Shown here: piece by piece, positions 40,839 through 49,412 of the stretch
Position numbering within the stretch: the stretch's first letter is position 1
Layout: every line of letters starts with the position of its first letter
DNA from: Bacilli bacterium
GTDB taxonomy: Bacteria > Bacillota_I > Bacilli_A > RF39 > UBA660
Assembly (NCBI GenBank): GCA_017405445.1
Contig: JAFRAK010000041.1
Span: forward strand, 29,025 to 93,024
Direction: 5' to 3'
DNA length: 64,000 nucleotides
Made by a program: the position numbers and the translations under genes
Notes under the pieces: model-generated
What the model saw: only the letters and a program-made list of their open reading frames with translations
Told to the model about the DNA's origin: nothing
The model's database searches: none

Positions 40839-41498
40839 ATGAGTCATAATAATTTAAGTGATATAAAAAAACAACATGTAGAGAATTATTTAAATGCTTT
40901 ACTTGACCAAATAAAAAATAATACGGATGTCTTAGTTGATCAAGATATTACTTCACTACTAAAAAAACCTCCGTTAGATTCTATGGATACTTTAAGGGTA
41001 AAATTATTAGATTTAGCAAAAAAACATCAAATTGTTTTGAATACTGAAAAATTAGATGAATTAATAGAATCTTATCGGAATGTTTTGTTAAAAAGTTGTG
41101 ATGAAATAAAAAATATCCGTATTTCTAAATTACAATCTTTTGTATCGAAAGATAATTTAAAAGATGACAATGATATGATTAAGATTAATAAAAGTGAATT
41201 TAATTCTATCAATCAAAAAATAAAAAAAGTATTGAAGGATGCTTTAGTTAATGCCAATGATCATTATATATGTAAGAATATTAATAGTGTATTTCCTAAA
41301 GATTTAGATGAAAATTTAAAAAAGAAAATCATTGATGAATATACAAAGTATTTAAATGGTAATTATAAAAAACAATTAATTGAAAATTTTGAAATAAAAG
41401 TATTGGTTAAAGATACTACTTTATTAAATAGTATTAAGGAACAAAATGAGAGATATTTATTTACTTTAGAACATTCTCGTGTTTTTCAAGATTTATAA
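40839..41498 (+). CDS. Hypothetical helical protein
   Basis: 219 aa ORF with SD GGGAGG; no motif recognised. Confidence 0.75.
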   Translation: MSHNNLSDIKKQHVENYLNALLDQIKNNTDVLVDQDITSLLKKPPLDSMDTLRVKLLDLAKKHQIVLNTEKLDELIESYRNVLLKSCDEIKNIRISKLQSFVSKDNLKDDNDMIKINKSEFNSINQKIKKVLKDALVNANDHYICKNINSVFPKDLDENLKKKIIDEYTKYLNGNYKKQLIENFEIKVLVKDTTLLNSIKEQNERYLFTLEHSRVFQDL

Positions 41499-41549
41499 GA
41501 TATCTATTGATTTTTTTATAAAACTATGATAGTTTATAATATATTTTAA

Positions 41550-41780
41550 ATGTTTTGATGAAGAGCATTATATTCAGATATTTATTTTTAGAGAGCTCTG
41601 ATAGGTGAAAGTGAGCAATAAATAGAATATAGTGTATGGCTTCTGAACTTCTATATTGATATGTAAGTATAGACGTGTATAGGCGTTAACTATTTAAGTG
41701 TATAATAAATAATTATTATAAAATAAGGTGGTACCGCGGATTTCGTCCTTATATTTATAATAATTTTTTTTTGGGAGGAA
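41550..41780 (+). promoter_or_regulatory. T-box riboswitch with Met (AUG) specifier
   Basis: Stem I AGAGA and GGTGAAA motifs, specifier ATG at 41636, T-box AAGGTGGTACCGCG at 41725-41738 with CGTCCTT; precedes metG. Confidence 0.9.
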
Positions 41781-41786
41781 TGAATA

Positions 41787-43325
41787 ATGGATAAAAAAAG
41801 ATATTATATTAGTACGGCAATAGCTTATACATCTGGAAAACCTCATATTGGAAATACTTATGAGATTGTATTAGCTGATGCGATTGCGAGATTTAAAAGA
41901 TTACAAGGTTATGATGTTTATTTTCAAACAGGTACTGATGAACATGGTGAAAAGATTGAATTAAAAGCAAAAGATGCTGGCGTTACTCCTCAAGAATTTG
42001 TTGAGGAGAAAGCTGCTGAAATTAGACGTATTTGGGATATTATGAATACAAGTTATGATCGATTTGTTAGAACAACAGACAAACATCATGAAGAAGTTGT
42101 TCAACATATTTTTAAATACATGTATGATAAAGGAGATATCTATCTTGATAAATATGAAGGTTGGTATTGTACTCCAGATGAATCTTTCTGGACCGATACT
42201 CAAGTTGTAAAAAATGATGATGGAAAAGTAGTTTGTCCTGATTGTGGAAGAGAAGTTGAGAAAAAAAGTGAAGAAGCTTATTTCTTTAAATTGAGTAAAT
42301 ATCAAAAACAATTGGAAGAATATATAGAAGCTCATCCTGATTTTATTCAACCAGTTTCTAGAAAAAATGAAATGATTAATAATTTTATTAAACCTGGATT
42401 ACAAGATTTATGTGTCTCTCGTACATCTTTTAAATGGGGTATTCCAGTAGATTTTGATCCTAAACATGTTGTTTATGTTTGGTTAGATGCATTGACAAAT
42501 TATATTACTTTTATTGGTTATGATACAGATGGCGGAAGTGAAGAATTTAAATATAAATGGCCTGTTGATTTGCATTTGATTGGAAAAGATATTATTCGTT
42601 TCCATACTATTTATTGGCCTTGTTTCTTAATGAGTTTAGATGTTCCTTTACCTAAACAAGTATTTGGACATCCTTGGTTAATTATGAGTGATGGTAAAAT
42701 GAGTAAATCAAAAGGAAATGTTATTTATGCAGATGATTTAGTAGAAGAGTTTGGTGTAGACGCAGTTAGATATTATTTCCTACATGAAATTCCTTTTGCT
42801 GCAGATGGAGTATTTACTCGTGATCTATTAATTGAAAGAATTAATGGAGATCTTGCGAATATTTTAGGAAACTTAGTTCAACGTACAATTTCTATGGGTC
42901 AGAAGTATTTTGAGGGAAAAATATCAAATAAGAATGTAACTGATTCTGTTGATAAAGAGTTTATTAAGAATATTAGTGATCTTGAAAAGAAAGTTATTGA
43001 AAAGATGGATTCTTTACAAATTAGTGATGCAATTACTGAAATCTTTAATGTCCTTCGTGCAAGTAATAAGTATATTGATGAAACAACTCCATGGATACTT
43101 GCTAAAGATGAAAATTTAAAGGATCGTTTAGAGACTGTTCTTTATAATTTACTTGAGTCTATTCGTGTATGTGGTTTGTTATTAGAACCATATTTACCTG
43201 AGACAAGTGAAAAAATAATAACTCAATTAAATAATAAGAAGAAAGAATATTTTTATTTAAATGATAATTCCTATGAACTTGGTACTGCTAGTCCATTATT
43301 TATGAGAATTGATGTTACTAAATAA
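41787..43325 (+). CDS. metG: Methionine--tRNA ligase (short form without C-terminal tRNA-binding domain)
   Basis: PHIGN, TGTDEHG, YVWLDAL, IGKDI, KMSKS. Confidence 0.98.
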   Translation: MDKKRYYISTAIAYTSGKPHIGNTYEIVLADAIARFKRLQGYDVYFQTGTDEHGEKIELKAKDAGVTPQEFVEEKAAEIRRIWDIMNTSYDRFVRTTDKHHEEVVQHIFKYMYDKGDIYLDKYEGWYCTPDESFWTDTQVVKNDDGKVVCPDCGREVEKKSEEAYFFKLSKYQKQLEEYIEAHPDFIQPVSRKNEMINNFIKPGLQDLCVSRTSFKWGIPVDFDPKHVVYVWLDALTNYITFIGYDTDGGSEEFKYKWPVDLHLIGKDIIRFHTIYWPCFLMSLDVPLPKQVFGHPWLIMSDGKMSKSKGNVIYADDLVEEFGVDAVRYYFLHEIPFAADGVFTRDLLIERINGDLANILGNLVQRTISMGQKYFEGKISNKNVTDSVDKEFIKNISDLEKKVIEKMDSLQISDAITEIFNVLRASNKYIDETTPWILAKDENLKDRLETVLYNLLESIRVCGLLLEPYLPETSEKIITQLNNKKKEYFYLNDNSYELGTASPLFMRIDVTK

Positions 43326-43350
43326 AGGGATTAATCCCTTTTTCTTTTTT
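43325..43350 (+). terminator. Intrinsic terminator after metG
   Basis: AAGGGA-TTAA-TCCCTT plus T-run. Confidence 0.7.
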
Positions 43351-43366
43351 GAAAGGAGATTATTTT

Positions 43367-44128
43367 ATGTTTATTGATACACATTGTCACTTATCTATAG
43401 AAGATTATGAGGATATTGATCAGGTAATTTTAGAAAATAAAAAAGCTGGAATTGATAAGATTATTGTTTCTGCATGTACAAAGGAAAGCATCTTGGAATC
43501 CTTAGAATATGCAAAAAAATATGATATGGTATATCTTACTATTGGTTATCATCCTAGTGAAGTAAATAACATTAATAAGGATGATATAAATGTATTAAAA
43601 AAACAATTATTAGAAGAAAAGGTTGTTGGAGTTGGAGAAATTGGACTTGATTATCACTATGGAGATGATGATAAAGAATCTCAGAAAAATTTATTTCGAG
43701 AACAATTATCTATTGCTGAAGAATTAAATCTTCCTGTTGTTATTCATTCTAGAGATGCAACAAAAGACACGATTGATATCTTAAAAGAATACAAGGTTAG
43801 AGGAGTTATTCATTGTTTTAGTGGTAGTTATGAAACTGCAAAAGAATACATTTCTATGGGTTTTTATTTAGGCATTGGAGGAGTTGTCACCTTTTCTAAT
43901 AGTCACCTTGGAGAAGTTATTGAGAAGGTTGGAATTGATTCTGTTGTTTTAGAAACGGATAGTCCATATCTTGCACCTACTCCTTATCGTGGTAAAAAAA
44001 ATAGTTCTAAATATATTCCTATTATTGCAGAAAAAATATCTTCTATTTTAAATATTTCATTAGAAGAAGTATCTATAAAAACTTCTTCTAATGCTAATTG
44101 CTTGTTTGACTTAAAGAATAAAATGTGA
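43367..44128 (+). CDS. tatD: TatD family nuclease
   Basis: IDTHCHL, GYHP, GEIGLDY, IHSR, HCFSG, ETDSPY. Confidence 0.95.
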   Translation: MFIDTHCHLSIEDYEDIDQVILENKKAGIDKIIVSACTKESILESLEYAKKYDMVYLTIGYHPSEVNNINKDDINVLKKQLLEEKVVGVGEIGLDYHYGDDDKESQKNLFREQLSIAEELNLPVVIHSRDATKDTIDILKEYKVRGVIHCFSGSYETAKEYISMGFYLGIGGVVTFSNSHLGEVIEKVGIDSVVLETDSPYLAPTPYRGKKNSSKYIPIIAEKISSILNISLEEVSIKTSSNANCLFDLKNKM

Positions 44129-44150
44129 TAAATTATAAGATGATAATGGG

Positions 44151-44729
44151 TTGGTGTTAATTGTGAAAAAATATAATTTGAAATCTATTTTATTATTAAT
44201 ATTAGGAATCGTATGTATTTTTATATTAGTTTCTTATTCTATCATTTTTATTAAAAAAGAGTTTTTTAGTGTGAATGAATCTGATGTTAGTTTATCTTCT
44301 AACAATAATATTGTGATTATTAAAGATAACCTATCTATTAATGATGAGTATGGTAAGGCTATTACTGATTCTAATGCTAATACTTTTGGTTTTATTGAAT
44401 TTGAAGTTACTAATCATACAAATGAGAAAAGAAATTTCCAAGTATATGTTACAGAATCTCCTAATTCAGAGATTAATCCGAATTATATAAAACTTTATTT
44501 AACAGATACTTCTAATAAACCTTTATCTTTTTATGGAGAGAGTAAATTACCATCTTACGTTGATTTAAATTATTTAATGAATAAACCAAATAGTAAATTA
44601 TTATATTCTGGATTATTAAATGGAGAAGAAAGTAAGAATTTTCGTTTAAGAGTTTGGTTAACTGATAGTTATGTTGTTGAAAATACAGATAAAGTATTTC
44701 AGTTTGTAATTGATGCACGTGCTGTATAG
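44151..44729 (+). CDS. Secreted or membrane-anchored beta-rich protein, candidate SipW substrate
   Basis: Basic N-terminus plus hydrophobic helix ending LVSYS; FEVTN, YIKLYL, FRLRVWL; similar to the next gene; adjacent to sipW. Confidence 0.65.
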   Translation: MVLIVKKYNLKSILLLILGIVCIFILVSYSIIFIKKEFFSVNESDVSLSSNNNIVIIKDNLSINDEYGKAITDSNANTFGFIEFEVTNHTNEKRNFQVYVTESPNSEINPNYIKLYLTDTSNKPLSFYGESKLPSYVDLNYLMNKPNSKLLYSGLLNGEESKNFRLRVWLTDSYVVENTDKVFQFVIDARAV

Positions 44730-44737
44730 GAGGGATT

Positions 44738-45355
44738 ATGGAAGATTTTTCTAGTAATAAACCATTTTTTCTCGGATTATCTCTTAAGGTTTGGGTCTTA
44801 ATTATATTAATATGTGTTTTTCTTGGTTTAGTTTTATATCAAGCTAATAATAAATTTTATTCTAGAGAAAAAAAGATAAAACAACAAGAAGAATTAGGAG
44901 CCAATATTTCGTTAGATTATGATAACAATACTAATGTTTTAAAACTTACTGATTTTACTCCTACAAAAGATTATTTGGGGAAAACAAGTGGAATTGAAAA
45001 GTGTTTTGATTTTACGGTTAATGTTCATTTAAAACAAGCATCTAAGATTCGTTATGAATTAGCAATAAAAAAAGATCCTACTTCTACTATAAATGATCAA
45101 GATGTTAGAATTTATTTAGAGAAGAAAGATGTAGCTAAAGAACAATATCTATCTTTATTAGATCCTACTTTTTTCAAGGCTAATGAAATACCAACTGATG
45201 TTGGAACTCCAACTGGTTATATGGTTTTAACACAACAAAGTGTTAATCAATCACAAAAGGATTATTATCGTTTAAGAATGTGGCTTTCTGAAAAAAGCAC
45301 TGTTGTTACTGGTGATTATTCAGTAGAGATTATATTAAATGCTATTGCAGAGTAA
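44738..45355 (+). CDS. Secreted or membrane-anchored beta-rich protein, paralogue of the preceding gene
   Basis: N-terminal TM; FDFTVN, DVRIYL, YRLRMWL, terminal beta strand ending NAIAE. Confidence 0.65.
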   Translation: MEDFSSNKPFFLGLSLKVWVLIILICVFLGLVLYQANNKFYSREKKIKQQEELGANISLDYDNNTNVLKLTDFTPTKDYLGKTSGIEKCFDFTVNVHLKQASKIRYELAIKKDPTSTINDQDVRIYLEKKDVAKEQYLSLLDPTFFKANEIPTDVGTPTGYMVLTQQSVNQSQKDYYRLRMWLSEKSTVVTGDYSVEIILNAIAE

Positions 45356-45457
45356 ATTTATGTAAAAAAGAAGTGTAAAGTTCGCTTCTTTTTCTTTTGA
45401 TTTATAGTTTTTTTTTCTATGAGATATTATAATCTAATTAAGAATGGAGAGATTTGT

Positions 45458-46057
45458 ATGGTACTTGCAGATAATAGTTTATTTGAAAAAATTCGTTATC
45501 TTTCCTATTTTGTGGTGCGAGCATTTTTGCTTGCTGTTTTGTGCTTGATGGGTTTATTTGTTATTTTTTTAGCAGTTTATTTTGGAGATTTATTCTTAAA
45601 TGTTAAGTCAGGTAACTACAAAAGCCCTTTATTTAATGGATATGTTATTGTATCTCAAAGTATGGTTCCTACGATTAATATTAATGATGCAATTATTATA
45701 AAAAGAGAAAATGATCAAGCATATCATATTGGGGATATTATTAGTTTTTATTCTACTGAGTATGATCATAATGGAATGGTTGTTACACATAGAATTGTTG
45801 ATAAAAATACTGTTACTATAAATGAATCTAATTATACTACAAAAGGAGATAATAATCCTATACCTGATCGTAAAGGTGTTAAAACAGAGAATGTCTATGG
45901 AAAAGTGTTATTTGTTATTCCTAGACTAGGTTATATTCAATCATTTTTATCAAATTCTAGTAATTTTATTATTTGTATCATGATTCCTATTGTGATTGTA
46001 GTAGTATATGATTTATTTAGAGTTTTAAAGGCTTATCAAAAAAGTAAGAATTATTAA
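45458..46057 (+). CDS. sipW: Signal peptidase I, SipW/ER-type (S26B)
   Basis: VSQSMVPTI (Ser), VTHRIV (His), TKGDNN..D, GKV..IP.LGY; start reset to ATG 45458. Confidence 0.88.
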   Translation: MVLADNSLFEKIRYLSYFVVRAFLLAVLCLMGLFVIFLAVYFGDLFLNVKSGNYKSPLFNGYVIVSQSMVPTININDAIIIKRENDQAYHIGDIISFYSTEYDHNGMVVTHRIVDKNTVTINESNYTTKGDNNPIPDRKGVKTENVYGKVLFVIPRLGYIQSFLSNSSNFIICIMIPIVIVVVYDLFRVLKAYQKSKNY

Positions 46058-46116
46058 TCTTAAATTCTTTCTTTTTTTTAAAGTGTAATTTATAATAATA
46101 ATCGTTTGGTGATTTT

Positions 46117-46917
46117 ATGGAAAAATATGATGTTAAATTTAAAAAAAAATTTGGTCAAAACTTTTTAAAGGATAATCGTATTGTAAAGAGAATTGTAGAA
46201 GTAAGTGGAGTTGATTCTAATTCGTTGGTTATTGAAGTAGGACCTGGTGGAGGTATTCTCACAAAAGAGTTATCTCTTGCTGCAAAGAATGTAATTTCTT
46301 ATGAGATTGATAAGGATTTAATATCAGAACTAGAATCAAAGTTATCAGGTATTGAAAATGTAGAAATCGTCTTTCAAGATTTTTTAGAAGCAGATATTAA
46401 TAATGATATTAGAAATTATACTTTTGATAATTTGTTTTTTGTAAGCAATGTTCCTTATTACATTACTACTCCAATCCTTTTAAAAATCATTCGTTCTAAT
46501 TTATCTTTTAAAAATGTTGTAATGATGGTACAAAAAGAAGTAGGAGATCGTTTCTGTTCTTCTTGTGGTACTAGAGATTATGGATCTATAACGGTATTAT
46601 TAAATTATTTTTTTGATATTCATAAAGAGTTTAATGTTTCAAGAAAACAATTTGTTCCTGAACCAAATGTTGATAGTGTCGTTGTATCTTTTCATGAAAA
46701 AAGTAATAGATTAAAAGTAAATAACTTTGATTTTTTTGAAAGAATTATTCGTGATAGTTTTCAGTTTAAGAGAAAGACACTTCGTAATAATTTAAAAAAA
46801 TATGATTTGGAAAAGATAGAAAAAGTACTTGTAAAATATGGATATGATTTAAATGTTCGAGCTGAATGTTTAAATTATGAAGTATTTGTTTCTATTGCGA
46901 ATGCTTTATGGAAATAG
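46117..46917 (+). CDS. rsmA: 16S rRNA A1518/A1519 dimethyltransferase
   Basis: KKFGQNFL, EVGPGGG, SNVPYYITTP, MVQKEV, PNVDS. Confidence 0.97.
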   Translation: MEKYDVKFKKKFGQNFLKDNRIVKRIVEVSGVDSNSLVIEVGPGGGILTKELSLAAKNVISYEIDKDLISELESKLSGIENVEIVFQDFLEADINNDIRNYTFDNLFFVSNVPYYITTPILLKIIRSNLSFKNVVMMVQKEVGDRFCSSCGTRDYGSITVLLNYFFDIHKEFNVSRKQFVPEPNVDSVVVSFHEKSNRLKVNNFDFFERIIRDSFQFKRKTLRNNLKKYDLEKIEKVLVKYGYDLNVRAECLNYEVFVSIANALWK

Positions 46918-46962
46918 TTCTACTATTTCTTTTTTTTCATATACTTTTTTAGGTGATGAAAT

Positions 46963-47742
46963 ACGAAATTTAAAATAGGAGATGTTGTAGGGAGAAAATC
47001 TTATCATTGTGATATTCCTTTTAAAATAATTTCTATTAATAATAATATTGCTTGTTTAAAGGGATTAGATGTTCGTTTATATGCAGATGCTGTGCTTGAT
47101 GATTTAGAAGTATTAGATTCTCCTCATGAGAGTGATCAATCAATTATTGATGAAAACATAAGAGATTTTAAAGTTGATAGAGATAATTATTTTTATTTAC
47201 CTGGAAAAATCTTACATATCGATGGAGATAAAGATTATTTAGATCGGTGTATGAACTTTTATAAAAAACTTGGAATTAAAGCAAATGGATTAACGATACC
47301 TGAAGATAAAATTTATTCTCAAATTGGTAAATTATTGGAAGATTATCATCCGGATATTGTTGTTATTACTGGACACGATGCATACCACTCTAAAAAAAAC
47401 AATCTACAGGATCTTAATAATTATGAGAATTCTAAGTATTTTGCTTCTGCCATTAAAGAAGCTAGAAAATATGAACATAATCAAGATAAACTAATTATTA
47501 TCGCAGGTGCATGTCAATCTAATTATGAAAGTTTGATTAAAGCAGGGGCAAATTTTGCATCTAGTCCTAAAAGAATTAATATACATGCGTTAGATCCTGC
47601 TATTGTTGCTTCTTCTTTATCTTTTTCTGATCGTAATCAAAGTATTGATCTTATGAAAATTATTGATAAAACAAAATATGGTTCTGAAGGTATAGGTGGA
47701 TTAATAACTAATGGAACAATGTATGTGGGGTATCCTAGATGA
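46963..47742 (+). CDS. yabG: Sporulation-specific peptidase YabG (U57); expected start position reads ACG
   Basis: PGKILHIDGD, ITGHD, AGACQS, GANFASSP; frame stays open 43 codons upstream of the track ORF and encodes the YabG N-terminus FKIGDVVGRKSY.CDI.F. Confidence 0.9.
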   Translation, partial: TKFKIGDVVGRKSYHCDIPFKIISINNNIACLKGLDVRLYADAVLDDLEVLDSPHESDQSIIDENIRDFKVDRDNYFYLPGKILHIDGDKDYLDRCMNFYKKLGIKANGLTIPEDKIYSQIGKLLEDYHPDIVVITGHDAYHSKKNNLQDLNNYENSKYFASAIKEARKYEHNQDKLIIIAGACQSNYESLIKAGANFASSPKRINIHALDPAIVASSLSFSDRNQSIDLMKIIDKTKYGSEGIGGLITNGTMYVGYPR

Positions 47743-47948
47743 ATTTTTATACAATTAAAAATATGGTATTTAAGTTTTATCAATTGGATAAAAAATTTTA
47801 TTATCGAGGTGGAAGAGGACAAGAAGAGAGTTTTTGTGGAAGAATTATTCAATTTTTTCCAAGAGTGTTCTTAGTAAAAACAACTAAAGGTGAAATAAAA
47901 TGCTTTAGTTACGTAGATTATTTTGTTAAATTATTAAAAATCATTTGA
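47739..47948 (+). CDS. veg: Veg family protein
   Basis: GGRG..GRI..FPRVFLV..FSYVD; follows yabG as in Bacillus. Confidence 0.75.
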   Translation: MNFYTIKNMVFKFYQLDKKFYYRGGRGQEESFCGRIIQFFPRVFLVKTTKGEIKCFSYVDYFVKLLKII

Positions 47949-48034
47949 TAATGATAAAAAATATTGCTTTTTCTTTTGTTTTATTATAAAATGATTACAT
48001 AAAGTGATAATGCTTTAAGAGGGAGGAATTTCTT

Positions 48035-48316
48035 ATGAAAATTACATCTGTAAATGTACGTAAGATTGAAAAAGAAGGTTCTCGTATGAAGGGAATTGCG
48101 TCTGTATTGTTAGATGACAGTTTTGCAGTACATGACATTCGTATTATCGAAGGAGACAACGGACTATTTATAGCAATGCCTAGCCGAAAGACAGCTGCTG
48201 GTGGATATCGTGATATCGCTCATCCAATTAATCCAGAAGTTCGTTCAATGTTCGAAGAAGCAATTCTAGAAGCATATGACAAAGCTGAAGATGTAGCTAC
48301 TGACGAAGAAGAATAA
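48035..48316 (+). CDS. spoVG: Septation regulator SpoVG
   Basis: [27 protein letters not shown]. Confidence 0.97.
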   Translation: MKITSVNVRKIEKEGSRMKGIASVLLDDSFAVHDIRIIEGDNGLFIAMPSRKTAAGGYRDIAHPINPEVRSMFEEAILEAYDKAEDVATDEEE

Positions 48317-48334
48317 TTCTAATTTTAGTAGTTC

Positions 48335-48368
48335 AAAAAACCACATTGGAAACAATGTGATTTTTTTT
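48335..48368 (+). terminator. Intrinsic terminator after spoVG
   Basis: CACATTG-GAAA-CAATGTG plus T8. Confidence 0.85.
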
Positions 48369-48414
48369 GTTCTATATAATTTACTCCTTCATATATTTTT
48401 ATTGGAGGAATAAT

Positions 48415-48708
48415 ATGGATAAAATAGATACTAGTATCAATAGTTATAATCATAGTGTTAATTTGTTGGAACGTAAAACTTTAGTGATTACAGGAGTGAA
48501 GAAAATAGATACATTTGATAACTTACATTTTATTCTTGATACGACTATGGGTTTTATGGTGATTAAGGGAGAAGGACTTGAACTTATAAAACTGGACACT
48601 CAATCTGGAAACGTCACTATTAAGGGAAGAATTGATTCATTAGAATACTTACAAGATAAATATAAGAAAAATGAAGATGGAATTCTTAGTAGGTTGTTTC
48701 GATCATGA
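48415..48708 (+). CDS. yabP: Sporulation protein YabP
   Basis: HSVNL..RK..ITGV..FD..LDT.MG..IKGEGL..I.GRIDS.EY; start reset to ATG 48415. Confidence 0.9.
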   Translation: MDKIDTSINSYNHSVNLLERKTLVITGVKKIDTFDNLHFILDTTMGFMVIKGEGLELIKLDTQSGNVTIKGRIDSLEYLQDKYKKNEDGILSRLFRS

Positions 48709-48977
48709 ATTTAAAAACACAATTTTTTTGCTTTTTCTTTTCATTTTTATTTGGTTGTTTCTTATATTTCATTTTTAGATATCTTCATTTTTTCTTTTTT
48801 TCAAATAAATCTTGGATAAGAATTCTAAGTACTTTTCTTGTTTCAATCGTATTATCATTTCTTTATTTTATCATTTTGTATTATCTTAATGATGGAATTT
48901 TACATATGTATTTCTTATTATTTATTATTTGTGGTTTTTTACTGACATTTCATTTGTGTAAACCAACGCGTAAATAA
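48705..48977 (+). CDS. yabQ: Spore cortex protein YabQ-like membrane protein (short)
   Basis: Hydrophobic ORF with Q..F..G and N.G..Y pattern between yabP and divIC. Confidence 0.7.
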   Translation: MNLKTQFFCFFFSFLFGCFLYFIFRYLHFFFFSNKSWIRILSTFLVSIVLSFLYFIILYYLNDGILHMYFLLFIICGFLLTFHLCKPTRK

Positions 48978-49055
48978 TTGTAAATTGTTGTACACTTTTT
49001 CAGTTGAATCTTTTATTTCGTAATATAATATATTATGAAAGGATAGGTGTGTTGT

Positions 49056-49355
49056 ATGGCAAAGTACAAAAAGCGTATGAAACTTCGTAAACGTTCAATT
49101 ATGCTATGTTTACTATCTGTCATAGTGATTGTCTTTACAACATTCTCTATTGGTAAATACTGGGTTGAAATTTACGATAAGTATCAAGAAAAGAAAGAAC
49201 TAGAAAGAGAATTAACTTCTCTAAAAGAAAAAGAAGAAATACTACAGGTTGATGCTAATAAATTGCAAGATCCTGATTATATTGCGAGATATGCTAGAGA
49301 AAAATATCTTTATTCAAAAGATGGAGAATATATTTTACAAATACCAGAAGAATAA
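49056..49355 (+). CDS. divIC: Septum formation initiator DivIC/FtsB
   Basis: TM plus coiled coil plus LQDPDYIARYAREKY..GE. Confidence 0.92.
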   Translation: MAKYKKRMKLRKRSIMLCLLSVIVIVFTTFSIGKYWVEIYDKYQEKKELERELTSLKEKEEILQVDANKLQDPDYIARYAREKYLYSKDGEYILQIPEE

Positions 49356-49412
49356 ATACTATTTTTCTTTTTTCTTATGATATAATATTATTTGTTTGTG
49401 GAGGTGATCCCC

